Part shown: positions 11,664 through 24,777 of the stretch, piece by piece
Layout: each line of letters opens with the position of its first letter
Numbering within the stretch: position 1 is the stretch's first letter
Origin: the human T2T-CHM13v2.0 reference genome, Homo sapiens
Strand: one strand, 5' to 3'
Assembly: GCF_009914755.1 (NCBI RefSeq)
Contig: NC_060928.1
Length of the DNA: 64,000 nt
The notes under the pieces: model-generated
What the model was told of the DNA's origin: nothing
Database searches by the model: none
The model's input: only the letters and a program-made list of their open reading frames with translations
Made by a program: the position numbers and the translations under genes

Positions 11664-13739
11664 GAGGTGTTTGGATCATGGAAGTAAATTCCTCATGGTT
11701 TGGTGCTGTCTTTGTGATAGTGAGTTCTCATGAGATCTGGTCATTTAAAAGTGTATGACACCTTTTCCCCCCTCCCACCACCTCTCTCTCTCCCTCTGTC
11801 TCTCTCTCTCTCTCCCTCTCTCACTAGCTCCTGCTTTCACCTTGTGATGTAACTGTTTTCTCTTGGCCTTCTGCCATGATTGCAAGTTCCCTGAGGCTTC
11901 ACCAGAAGCTGAGCAGATGCTTCCCATTCGGCCTGCATAACTGTGAGCAGTAAAACATGTTTCTTTATCAATTACCCAGTTTCAGGTATTTCTTTATAGC
12001 AATGCAAGAATGGCCTGAGACACACACACTCTCTCTCTTATTTATGAAGTTTAACATAGTCAGATTTAACTTCGCCATTGGAACAGATGGCTTTTTCTCC
12101 ATTTGAGCACCAGATGCGGTGGTTGCTTTGTGTCCTGGGATCTGTTTCAGCCTATTGTGGCAAAGTCTGCACTACAAGAAACAAAATGGTATCACACGTA
12201 GTGCAGAGCACCCATTCACTGAATTATTGAATAAATGGAGGATAGAATAGCCTCTACTGCTTAATTTTTTTCTTACCAAACATGCAAGATTAATTAACAT
12301 AATTAGGTAGTTGTTTATGTGCTATATGTTGATACACTTGCATTTATCTTTCCACATTAATATTTCTAAAACCACTTAAAACCGAGGAGCAGTTTAAATG
12401 TAGATTTCAGTATGTCTATTTGCTGTTCTGAGAACCCACATTTTTCAAAGAAAACAATGAAACCACATTGCTCTTCCTGTGGAGCATATGCTCCATTTTG
12501 TTCCTTAGCTCAACTACTTGATCTCCAATTTTAATATAAATAAATCATTATTTAACAGAGTGACCTTTATCAATTAAAACATACTGCATTTCAGGCCACT
12601 ATGTTATGTGTGTGTGTTTTACTTTCTGTCTGGGCATTTTTAAATGGTTTTCTCTAGTATTCAGGAAATGGGAGATAGTTTTATCTACTACATTGAAAAC
12701 TACCCTAGAAAGCAGACTTCCGATTTACTTCCTTGTCTGTGGGCTTCATGGGGATGGGAACTGAAAGTCGAACAGCTATTCCCTAGGCAGCTGACAAAGC
12801 TGACAGGAGGTTAACTGTGTTCTCATAGTCAATCAACAATACCTACATGTGTTTTCCATATTGTTCTATGACTTGGTTTGGACTTTCATATGCAAGGTTC
12901 CCACATCAGAAAAAAAGTTTTTGATAGCTTTTGCTCTGAACTCTTGCTTCATAGAACTGCCAATTTGAGGCAGCTGGGGATTACATAGAGAGTTTAGTTG
13001 CATGTGGATTCTTTTTCTTTTTCTTTTTCTTTCTTTCCTTTCCCTCAACTTCACAGCATTGTTTCTTTTGGCTAATCTGGTGGATTCCTGGAAAGTTTAT
13101 GGGACTTGTGGGAGTGCTTTGCCCTGAAGCAAACTTAGTTCAGCTTCCTCGTTAAGGCACATTGGTCCTGGCCTCTTGTGGAGTGGGTCTGTTTTGTCCC
13201 CTTAGGGAAGGGAGTATCCTGTCTTTCTTAATAATGAAGCAAAAAGATGACTCCAAAAGAGAATTGGCAACATCCAGAGAGGATGTCGTCCAGCTCTCCT
13301 CCAATATGTGCACCTCATCCTGAGCAAACTTGTGAAGTCCCTCATCAGTCTTTAATATAGTTAAGCAAATATTTTGCTTTATTCTATCTTATTTTATAAC
13401 AATATGTGAGCAGTTAACCAAAGTCAAAAGAGTAATGAAACTTCTATGAATCCTGCAAAATTGGTGTATACATTACATGAAAATCCCTTGGAATTTTCAG
13501 TTTATTCAACATCCATGGTTCAACATGCATTTACCAACACCATATAATTGTTTTTCAAATCACTGTGTTCTACCTTATCAACAAACTCCACAAAACAAAA
13601 GATAGGCCAACCCTGGAATGTTTCAAGGATTAAATGTGAGACTGACTATGAGAAATATTTGTTTAAATGCAGAACCAGTGGACAAATTAATTTTCTTGTC
13701 ATCATTTGAGATTATGTAATTTAAGATTGTCAGTCCTGG

Positions 13740-14028
13740 GGCTGGGTGCGGTGGCTCACGCCTGTAATCCCAGCACTTTGGGAGGCCAAGGCGGGCAGAT
13801 CAGGAGGTCAGGAGATCGAGACCATCCTGGCTAACACGGTGAAACCCCGTCTCTACAAAAAATACAAAAAAATTAGCCGGGCGTGGTGGTGGGCCCCTGT
13901 AGTCCCAGTTACTCAGGAGGTTGAGCCAGGAGAATGGCGTGAACCCGGGAGGCGGAGCTGGCAGTGAGCCGAGATCACGCCACTGCACTCCAGCCTGGGC
14001 GACAGAGCGAGACTCATCCAAAAAAAAA
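13740..14028 (+). mobile_element. AluY
   Basis: gagatcgagaccatcctggctaacacgg; gaatggcgtgaacccggg; TSD aagattgtcagt (13723-13734, 14029-14040). Confidence 0.95.
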
Positions 14029-14103
14029 AAGATTGTCAGTGCTTTGGGAATGAAATTGAGGGGCCTGGGATGGTATACTGAAAAGTAAGGGCAATAGGAA
14101 TTC

Positions 14104-14151
14104 TTGACACAGAGCAGAGCATGGTGTTTGACACAGAGCAGAGCATGGTGT
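14104..14151. repeat. Perfect 24-bp tandem duplication
   Basis: ttgacacagagcagagcatggtgt x2. Confidence 0.9.
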
Positions 14152-14350
14152 TTAGGTACGTAGACTCTGGGGCCAGACATGTGTGTATCAATCTCACATC
14201 TTTATTTGACAAGTTATGCAACCTCACTATGCTTCAATTTTCTCATCAGTAATATGTAGATAATAGTACTTAGCATATTGGATTGTTACGGTGATCAAAT
14301 TAGTTTATTTGGTATAGCACTTAGAACATTCCTGGGACATCATGAGAGTG
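14135..14350 (+). mobile_element. MIR
   Basis: agcatggtg..agactctggggccagac..gacaagttatgcaacctc..gcacttagaac. Confidence 0.75.
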
Positions 14351-14374
14351 ATTTTTTTTAATTTGATAAATACT

Positions 14375-14819
14375 TATATTTGTTTCTTAGTGCTGCCACA
14401 ACAAAGTATCACCAACTGGGTGGCTTAAAACAACAGAAATTCATTTCTCATTCTGCAGGCTAGATGTCTGAATGAAGGTGTCGGTAGAGTTAGTTCCTTC
14501 TGCATGCTCTGTGGAAGAATCTGTTCCATGCCCTTCTCTTTGCTTCTGATGTTACCAGCAATGATTGATATTCCTTGGCTTGTAGATGCATCCCTCCAGT
14601 CTCTGTCTCTGTTATCACATGGTATTCCCAGGTGTGTCTCTCTTCTTCTTATAAGAAAACCAGTTGCATTGGATTAAGGGCCTACCCTACTTTAATGTGA
14701 TCTCATCTTAACTAATTATATCCGCAATAATTCTATTTTCAAATGAGATCACATTCTGAGGTATTCGGGGTTAGGACATCAACATATTGTTTCTGGGGGA
14801 CACAATTCAAACCAGAACA
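14375..14819 (-). mobile_element. MLT1B/C-like MaLR LTR
   Basis: gctgccacaacaaagtatcaccaactgggtggcttaaaacaacagaaat..gggacacaattcaaacc; near-TSD atact/gtact. Confidence 0.85.
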
Positions 14820-15284
14820 GTACTAAAAATTAAAAAAAAAAAACAGGCTTATCCAGTCTGTGTTAATTAAATAACTTAATGTACCATTGATATCTTTAAC
14901 ATCATAGGGTATGTCAGTTTCTGGATATCTGAATTTCAGAGGAGATATGGGTCCATCTCATCCCTACAACATCCTTTCTTCTCCTAGAGACCAGAAAATT
15001 CAGCAGCGGCTATACTTGGTTTTATAGCCCTCGACCCTCCATACTATTAGCCAAAGCCAATGTCCTCACTGAGATGTTCATGTAATAAAGCTGCTTCTCC
15101 CTTTATGCCTCACATACACACTTGATTCCCAATGTCCTGGTGCCTTTCTTATTCAGCCAATGCCAGTAGCCTCATGGCCCTCCAATCCTTTTTTTTTTTT
15201 TGTCCCACAACTGGACTTTCTTGGGGGTCAGTTGCATCTTTTGAATTAAATCCAAAGCTAAAATTCAGAGCAATTTAATACAGT

Positions 15285-15590
15285 AATTATGGTGACATTG
15301 GAACCCATTAAACCTGGGTTTGTGTTCCAGTTCTGCCATTTACTGGCTAGGTACCTTAGACATATTACTGTTCCTGTCTGAGCTTCAGTTTCCTCATGTA
15401 TAAAATTGGAGATAATGATGTTTACATAGAACAACACCCAATCTATAATAGGCACTTGGTAAATGTTTGTCAATGAATAAATATATGGATAAAGTAATGA
15501 ATCAACAGGGTTGTTGAGAACATTAAATAAGCTAATGAATGCACATGGCTTAGTACATTGGAAGTAGTCAATGAATGGTAGCTCTTTCAT
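15285..15590 (+). mobile_element. MIR interrupted by an L2 3' end (~15420-15490)
   Basis: MIR core ctgagcttcagtttcctcatgtataaaattgg; L2 tail taggcacttggtaaatgtttgtcaatgaataaat. Confidence 0.7.
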
Positions 15591-17130
15591 TCTCGTCTCC
15601 TCAATCCAAATTTTATTCTTAATTGTCTACGTCTGTCATAGTTCTAACATTCCAGGTTTGAAATAAATTGGTAATCTTTATCCCTCTACTGATCTAGCTA
15701 ATCACCATGTTTTATCAGATTTTTACTTGAAATATCTACAGAGGCCAATCTTTCCATAAGAGTTATGATAACTTTGGAAACAACCCCCTCCTGCCCTCCT
15801 CCTGGCATCATATCTGGATGACAACAGCCTCCTGAGCATTTTCTTATCTCCAGTATCTTCTTTATTTAACCCATCCTGCCACCCTTAATTATCTTTTCCA
15901 CCAAGTGAGCTACACCAATCCTACTTTTGATGGGCTCTACTTTGATAACTTAGTCTTATTGATAAGACCTGTGTGAGAATACTAGCCACTTTCCTCTCTC
16001 TTCCTTTTAAACTGGAAGACCAGTGACTGTGTGGATGCCTAATTATCTTCTGATTCATTTGGGCCCTTTACCACGTGCCATGATGTGGCTTTGTAGCAAT
16101 GTTCAAAAGACTAATATATCCCTGGGATTTTGATAGTGTTTGTTTAACTCAGAATTTGTCCAGGCTTTCAGATTTTTTCCTGAGGATATTTTCAGTGATG
16201 CTAGCTTCTTTAGTGCTTTAAGTTTTAAAACTGTACATTGTTTTGGTATGATGAAAGATACCAAGATTTCCACCCCATGTGAATTTGCCCAAATTGAGTT
16301 TTGACCTATGAGTCTAGAACTCAGGCTACAGGAGGACAATCACTCTATGAAGAGAAGGATGTTGTCTTTCATGAAGGTGTAGCTCCTTGTAGTAGAAGTC
16401 AGCCAAATTGTGCCCCCAAAACACCTCATACTTTAGGTTAGTAAAGAAGAGTATACTTCTATAAATAAATTATATCTGCTTTAGGTGATTTAACTTTTGA
16501 AGAACCAAAAGGTTTTATTCAGGAACACGGCCATATGAATAACTTAAATGTGGTCATGGTCTATATGGTCAAAGCCTTGATCAAAAAGGTCACTAACTGA
16601 AACAGCTATGAAGGGTTCTTTGTTCAGCTGAAGCTTTTTCTGTTTAACCAAGGTGCTTTCTTTCAAACCTAGAGTCATCTGTACTTTATCTAGTCGATAA
16701 GTTAGTCTTTTCTACTCCATGGAAAAGATACTCCTCAGTTCCCAGTTTTGCAAAAAGTGATAAGAGTATCTGGAGTATGGAAAAGGCTAAATGACATCAT
16801 TCTCACTGGGATTACTGGTAAAGAAAGAAGATGTAGGTTATGACCATATAAAATTAACAGATCTAGCCAAAACTTAAATTGTAATTCAATCTTGTGAGTT
16901 AGTCCTCTATAAATGAGCTCCTCCAAAATAAATCAGTGCATTTCCTGGTTTTGAGCAACAAAACTTACCACTTCTTCCTCTAGTTTATTCCATTAAAAAG
17001 TTTGGTCTTAACTACCAACTACTGGAATGGGAAAAGTCACTCACCATCACTGGGCTTTAATTTCTTCACTGTAAAGTAAGGAATTTGGAGTTATTGTTAG
17101 ATCAACTCCAAAGATTTATAAAGTTGAAAT

Positions 17131-17439
17131 TTTTGTTTGTTTGTTTGTTTGTTTTTGAGGTGCAGTCTCACTCTGTCACCCAGGCTGGAGTGCAGTTGGT
17201 GCGATCTGGGCTCACTGAAATCTCTGCCTTCTGGGTTCAAGCAATTCTCCTGCCTTAGCCTCACAAGTAGCTGGGATTACAAGTGGCTGCCACCACACCT
17301 GGCTAATTTTTGTATTTTTAGTAGAGACTGGGTTTTGCCTTGTTGGTCATGCTGGTCTCAAACTCCTGACCTCAAGTGATTTGCCCACCTTGGGCTCCCA
17401 AATTGCTGGGATTACAGGCATGAGCCACCATGCCCCACC
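17131..17439 (-). mobile_element. AluS (Sz/Sx-like) with (GTTT)n tail
   Basis: cctgacctcaagtgat; 13-bp TSD ataaagttgaaat (17118-17130, 17440-17452). Confidence 0.93.
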
Positions 17440-17499
17440 ATAAAGTTGAAATATTTTTGGAATAGAATATTGTAACTATTCATGGCATAGCTAAAAGTC

Positions 17500-18075
17500 T
17501 TCTTGAAATAGTCTGCTATAAAGAATGTGATATTATCTTACTATTTTGCTTAAAAATCTTTCAATGATTCCTCATCACAATCACAGTGAAAATAGAAGTC
17601 CTGTTTATATAAAGGCGCTCCTTAATTTGGTTCCCAGGGAGCTCTCTGATGTCCTTTCTATGCCCATAACTGTTTCTCACTTAGTCCAGCTACACTGCCC
17701 TCCTTGGTGTCACTGAACACACCACGTACTTCACCCTCAGGGCCTTTGCAGTAATCTTTCCTAGGACTCTATTTTCTTAGCCATGTACCTAGCTCACTCC
17801 CTTACCTATTTCAGATGTCGAATAAAATGCCACTTTCTTAACAAGCTATTCCTTGCTCTTCTGCCTAAATGTTTCCCCTCACATTTCTGAGCCTTAGTCC
17901 CTGCTTTATTATTCTTCTTATTAACTAATCTAACATACATGACACAGAACATACTATGTAATTTATTATCTATCTCTGTTAACCAGAATATAAGGTTTTT
18001 TCCTTTTCCTTATTTTTTTTGCTGCTCACTCAAAATTTGTGAAAGAATGATGAAAAGAATGAATGAAGGATAGAA
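17500..18075 (+). mobile_element. L2a 3' part
   Basis: gcttaaaaatctttcaatgattcc..cctcagggcctttgca..gaatgaatgaa. Confidence 0.75.
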
Positions 18076-18495
18076 ATGTTTTCTGCTGAAAAGACAGATG
18101 AGAGTCTAATGAAATTCTTGATTCTGATTCAATATGGTGTCCATTTGTGAATATAGTCCCTGTCTTTTCTTGACCACTGAGTAATTATTCAGATGAGAAC
18201 ATATAACACTCCATGTGGATTTTGACTCTGGGGACTGAAAATACTCTTTAATCACTGTGCAAATAGATGTCAATCATCTGTTATGCAATGACAGCTAATT
18301 CACTATGTATAGATGCAAACCATTCCATTTTAATTTAACTAAATATAGCACTTTTCTTCCTCTTGAAATCCATCCCCCCTGCCTGCCCTCACTCTCCGTC
18401 TTTTAGAAATCATATTACAAATATATTTCTGCTACAGTGTTTTGGAAAAATATTTAGTTACTTTAAATTCACTGCTGTAAAAAAAATTATCTGGG

Positions 18496-20845
18496 GCTCC
18501 AGTATGATCAAGTCGGCTTCATCACTGGGATGCAAAGCTGGTTCAATATATGCAAATCAATAAATGTAATCCATCACATAAACAGAAACAATGACAAAAC
18601 CCACATTATTATCTCAATAGATGAAGAAAAGGCCTTTGAAAAAATTCAACACCCCTTCATGCTAAAAACTCTCAATAAATTAGGTATTGATGGAACGTAT
18701 CTCAAAATAATAAGAGCTATTTATGACAGACCCACAGCCAATATCATACCGAATGGGCAAAAACTAGAAGTGTTCCCTTGGAAAACCGGCACAAGACAAG
18801 GATGCCCTCTCGCACCACTCCTATTCAACAAAGTATTGGAAGTTCTGGCCAGGGAAATCAGGCAAGAGAAAGAAATAAAGGGTATTCAAGTAGGAAGAGA
18901 GAACGTAAAACTGTCTCTGTTTGCAGATGACATGATTGTATATTTAGAAAACCCCATCATTTCAGCCCCAAATTTCCTTAAGCTGATAAGCAAATTCAGC
19001 AAAGTCTCAGGGCACAAAACAATGTGCAAAAATCACAAGCATTCCTATACACCATAATAGACAGAGTCAAACCATGAGTGAACTCCCATTCACAAGTGCT
19101 ACAAAGAGAATAAAATAACTAGGAATACAACTTACAAGGGATGTAAAGGACCTCTTCAAGAAGAACCACAAGCCACTGCTCAAGGAAATAAGAGAGGACA
19201 CAAACAAATGGAAGAACATTCCATGCTCATGGATAGGAAGAATCAATATTGTGAAAATGGCCATACTGCCCAAGGTAATTTATAGATTCAGTGCCATCCC
19301 CATCAAGCTACCAATGACTTTCTTCACAGAATTGGAAGAAACTACTTTAAAGTTCACGTGGGACCAAAAAAGAGCCCGCATTGCTAAGACAATCCTAAGC
19401 CAAATGAACAAAGCTGGAGGCATCATGCTACCTGACTTCAAACTCTACTACAAGGCTACGATAACCAAAACAGCATGGTACTGGTACCAAAACAGAGATA
19501 TAGGCCAGTGGAACAGAACAGAGGCCTCAGAAATAACACCACACATCTACAACCATCTGATCTTTGACAAGCCTGACAAAAACAAGCAATTTTCAGGGAA
19601 AGGATTCCCTATTTAATAACTGGTGTTGGGAAAACTGGCTAGCCATATGCAGAAAACTTAAACTGGATCCCTTCCTTACACCTTATACAAAACTTAACTC
19701 AAGATGGATTAAAGACTTAAATGTAAGACCTAAAACCATAAAAACCCTAGAAGAAAACCTTGGCAATACCATTCAGGACATAGGCATGGGCAAAGACTTC
19801 ATGACTAAAACACCAAAAGCAATGGCAACAAAACCCAAAACTGACAGATGGGATCTAATTAAACTAAAGAGCTTCTGCACAGCAAACGAAGCTACCATCA
19901 GCTTGAACAGGCAACCTACAGAATGGGAGAAAATTTTTGCAATCTACTCATCTGACAAAGGGCTAATATCCAGAATCTACACAGAACTTAAACAAATTTA
20001 CAAGAAAAAAACAACCCCATCACAAAGTGGGTGAAAGATATGAACAGACACTTCTCAAAAGAAGACATTTATATGGCCAACAAACATATGAAAAAAAGCT
20101 CATCATCACTGGTCACTAGAGAAATGCAAATCGAAACCACAATGAGACACCATCTCACACCAGTTAGAATGGCGATCATTAAAAAGTCAGGAAACAACAG
20201 ATGCTGGAGAGGATGTGGAGAAATAGGAATGCTTTCACACTGTTTGTGGGAGTGTAAATTAGTTCAACCATTGTGGAAGATAGTGTGGCAATTCCTCAAA
20301 GATCTAGAACCAGAAATACAATTTGACCCAGCAATACCATTACTGGATATATACCCAAAGGATTATAAATCATTCTACTATAAACACAAATGCACACATA
20401 TGTTTATTGCAGCACTGTTCACAATACAAAGACTTGGAACCAACCCAAATGCCCATCAGTGATAGACTGGATAAAGAAAATGTGGCACCATGTACACCAT
20501 GGAATACTATGCAGCCATAAAAAAGGATGAGTTCATATCCTTTGCAGGGCCATGGATGAAGCTGGAAACCATCATTCTCAGCAAACTAACACAAGAACAG
20601 AAAACCAAACACTGCATGCTCTCGCTCATAAGTGGGAGTTGAACAATGAGAACACATGGACACAGGGAGGGGAACATCACACTGGGACCTGTCGGGGGAT
20701 GGGGGCCTAGGGGAGGGGTAGCATTAGGAGAAATACCTAATGTAAATGACAGGTTGATGGGTACAGCAAACCACCATGGCATGTGTATACCTATGTAACC
20801 AAACTGCATGCTCTGCACATGTACCCCAGAACTTAAAGTACAATT
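18496..20845 (+). mobile_element. 5'-truncated L1PA (PA7-like), frameshifted ORF2 RT/C-terminus plus 3'UTR
   Basis: ORFs with GTRQGCPL and LFADDM, and a Cys-rich C-terminus; 16-bp TSD aaaaaaattatctggg (18480-18495, 20846-20861). Confidence 0.95.
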
Positions 20846-22379
20846 AAAAAAATTATCTGGGACAAAAGTTCTCAAAAACTTAATCTATTTGGTGTAAACA
20901 AATTTTAATTAAGGTCCATAGGATATTGTAGCAAATTTTAGGAGAAAAATGATGAGATTATTTACCTCTGACCTCACGTGCCTCACAGAAACTGTCACTC
21001 ACTCACTCACTATGTGTAACTATATCTAACATAACCTGAAAAGCAAACAGTCCCTTTAGTTATGTTAAAGTCCCTAGAACAGAAAATACAGACCACTTAT
21101 GAAAAGCTCATAAGGTAAGTGAGGGACCTGAGTTTTATTATTTATATTAGACCATGTCGATCTCATTGTATTCTTTCTAGAATATAAATCTGCTAGAAAG
21201 GATAATGAGTCTAGCTTGTTATTTACTGGACTTGCTTCTTCCAAAATTTTTCTTGAAGAACTGATGTCCAGTCTTCACAGTTCCAACCAGCAAACTACGT
21301 CAGTTATGCTGCTTCAGCAGGGACAATTTGTGGCCTTCTTAAAGAGGCTGCAGGTGAATTACTGGTTTTAGTCACTAGTTGATTAGCTTGATGATGTGAA
21401 CTTCAAAATGTTTATTCCTTCTGTTCATTTTCATTTTTTATAGTTTATGTATTCTTGGTAGTCTCTTTCTTCTTCTGTGATGTTTTGTTCAAAAATGCTT
21501 ACAATCCCAAGGCATTTATTGGTGTACAGCCTGACTCAGCATGTTCTTAGACATGCATGGTATTTGACAAATAATTTGGGATTTTAAGGCAAACTTAGAG
21601 ATGCCTAAGATTGGTTAGACGCTATTGATGGGTGGCAAGCACATTGCTGAAAAGTGTCCTTGCTGCACTTAATTAATCCCCATCAGAAGCTAGGTGATCC
21701 CTGACTACAGATTTAGTCATCAACTTGCTTGCGTTTGAGGCGAGGTATTCATCCATGTAAACTGCAACCCTCTTGTCATCCCTCTTACCACCTACGTCTT
21801 TCTTGTGAAACAGGAAGGGTTTGGGGATGATCTGGTGTTTTCAGCCTGCAAAATTAAGGGTCACAGTTGTGCTTCTTTCCACATGTGTTTCTATTATTTT
21901 CCGTGGACCATTTCTCAGTTGCCACCCAAAGAGATGAAGGCAAAGCCCCTGCTCCAAGGGCTTGGACACCAGCACAATGCTGACTGGTGTGTGGTGAGGC
22001 CTGTGTGGTTTAGGAAACTGTACTGCTGGTTTGAGCTTTCCCAACAGTGTAAAGTAAAAGAATAAAATAGACAAGGATTTCTATTTGTTTTCTGTAGCTA
22101 GGGTCATTTTATTTTGTGATTGATTCATCTGGAAAGTGTTTTTAAAAAGAATTTGCCACCTCATGTGGTCTGGTGTCAGCACCATTCAAGATGATGGGCT
22201 ATATTTGAGGTTTATAGATTTAGAATTATTTATTTCTCTTAAAAGTCTAGCTAATTGACGTGAATCCAGATGCCAGGAGGAGCCAGTTATGAGGTAATGA
22301 CCAACATTGCCTTCTTATCAAGTTAGATAGCTTTTGTCTCATTAGCAAGATATTTATATCAAATTTTCACACCTCTTCT

Positions 22380-23110
22380 CATTTCTCTACATTCCTGCCA
22401 AATAGCTACCCATTTCTTGAGACACAAACTAAGTGTTGACCTTGAAGCCTTTCCTTGCCAACCTTTCCTGTCCAGTAGAAATTACCTCTTTAAACTTTAA
22501 GCCCCAAAGTAGACCAAGACATCTCTCTTAGCACTTAGTCTAATTTGTTTACTCACTTGGCTTTCCTAATTAAACTGTGAACTCTCTGGAGACTTGGCTT
22601 TCCTAATTAGACTTGAGAACTCTCTGACCAGCACCATTTTTATCATGGGTGTATGAAACACTATTCTCCATGCTATATAGTAGGTTCTCAACAAATGCTG
22701 GTTGAATAAAAAATATTTGAATGAATACATCTAATGCACACAGTGTGCATGGAACATGCTATGGTGCTTCAGAACTCTAGTCTGTTTTGTGAGCTTTGGC
22801 CTTCAACTGTAATGACTTTCCCTTTTCTCTGCCTGGCAAAATTTTTCTTTTCCTTTATATATCTGTTTAATAGTCAATTATCCTGTAGAATGTTTCCTGC
22901 GGTTCCCAAGAACTCTTCATTAATCCTTTCTATTTGTCCAGAGGTCTACTAGCACTTACCTCACACTAGAGTTATTATTTATGCATCTGTTGGTCTTGTT
23001 CTCTTAATGGTGACCTCCTGGTGGGTGAGGACTCTGACTAGTTTAGATTTTACCCTATGTGCTCAGTGTAGGCCTGGCTCAGAGATGGTGCTCAATGAGA
23101 GTGTCTGTCA
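22380..23110 (+). mobile_element. L2 3' fragments
   Basis: gtaggttctcaacaaatgctggttgaat; gcctggctcagagatggtgctcaat. Confidence 0.55.
22555..22626. repeat. ~37-bp tandem duplication
   Basis: acttggctttcctaatta(a/g)act..gaactctctg x2. Confidence 0.8.
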
Positions 23111-23419
23111 GACTCCTAGTCTAGACCCTGATGTTAATCATTTGTGGAAGTGTGAAGACAATACCGTACTTTTGTAGTCCTCAACATCCAATTTAAAAAC
23201 TGAGAGACTGAATGAGAACTGTAATTCTCTTCTGGTTTTAGATTTTTTTTTAGCACAGTATTGCTACTTTTCACTGCTGTGTATTTTGTTCTTGTCTGGA
23301 TTTGTATCTTTCTCATTTACAGCTTTACTTTTCTTGTCTTTGTCTTATTTATTCATTCAGTTTTTTTTTCCTCCTAGTGTCACATGAATACATTTAAACC
23401 GTCAACTACAAAATTATGA

Positions 23420-23610
23420 GTTGAAAGAAGTAATTGTTCGATGTATGATCTTGTCAAGTTACTTAATCTTTCTATAGCTCTGTTTCTTCATCTGTAAAAT
23501 GAGAATAATAACAGTATGCACCTCATAGATTTGTTGAAAGGATTCAATTATTGATTATTGGTAAAGCCTTTTGAACATTGCTTGTCACATAGTAAATGCA
23601 ATCGAGTGCT
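23420..23610 (+). mobile_element. MIR
   Basis: tgatcttgtcaagttacttaatc..tttcttcatctgtaaaatgagaataataacag. Confidence 0.8.
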
Positions 23611-24734
23611 TAACACATCTCTGTCCTCCATTGTCATGATCAGCCAGGAAAAAGACTGAATGTGCTGCTTTCCAGATTATAAAACCCCTGAATTTGACTA
23701 ATATAGTTATCAGCAAAACTTTCAGGGAATTGTACTACATTTTTATCACACAATCTAAATATTAATCCAAATATTTATTCTAAATACTTACTCTTATACT
23801 TGCACACATGCCATTCAAAATTTATATATGGTGGAATATTATGTGGTTAATTCCCTAGTAATCTGAAAGGCAGAGTGTAGCTATTACAATGAATAGTTCT
23901 CTAATAAAAGACTTTCATCTTGCCAATTCCATGATACTTTAAAATTAGAATTACACAGTTTTAAGGGCCAGTGTAAAATGTATTAGAGTCCAGACTATGA
24001 AAGGAAGAAGAGGATTTTAGAACACAGGTTTGGCTGGATTTATACAGGCCCCCAAAATACTTTTTGCAAATAAGATACAGATTTGCTATGTAACCCTATT
24101 ATAACAGTATCCAAATGACATAAGATATATTAATGAAAAAGTAGTTTGTTTCAAAACATTTTAATATGTGCTACATTTGTCTATCCTATGCCTGACGTAG
24201 AAATATCTTTTTCAAGACCGCCTACCCTATTTGTGTATAATGTGCCTCATTTTATGGGAGCCATTACTATGTGTTCACTACCAAATGAGATGGTATGTGT
24301 ATAAGTTGGGGTACAGGAGATACAACCATAGCAGTTAAAATCTTATACAAGGAAATACAAGCAGTATTTAATTTTTGGAAAAAAAAGTTTAGGAAAAAAT
24401 TATGTTTTCCATTTTCAGGGATTAAACAGCATTCTAGAAAACAAGACAGACCATGAAGAGTATGGGAAGAAACAGGAAGGCCTATTTCCCGGTACCATAC
24501 CCAGAAGCTGTATAATAGGGTAAGTTATTTGACCTCTTTGTTCTGTGTTCTCCTCATTTGTCAAACAACATTTGTGAACAGTATTGCTGGTGGAGAAGAA
24601 AATTGTAAGAGAAGAGCTCAGGAATCTCAGATGAGAGGCTATTGTGATAGTCTAGGTGAGATTTCATACAGCAAACACAATTCACAACTTTTACAATGTC
24701 CTGGCACTCACTTGTTGAGTAGGGATACATTGTT

Positions 24735-24777
24735 TTATTAGATAATAGAGGAGGAGCTATTATTAGATAATAGAGGA
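24735..24777. repeat. 18-bp direct repeat (25-bp period)
   Basis: ttattagataatagagga x2. Confidence 0.8.

Larger units (their letters stand above)
9248..12022 (+). mobile_element. MSTB-like solo LTR split by a nested provirus (outer pieces ~9248-9329 and 11664-12022)
   Basis: tttggatatttgtcccc..gggcctggttggaggt resumes as gaggtgtttggatcatgg after the insert; ends gaatggcctgagaca. Confidence 0.8.

Noticed and set aside
13095-13350. ~85-codon stop-free minus-strand frame
   Set aside because: No convincing acceptor/donor and no recognisable protein
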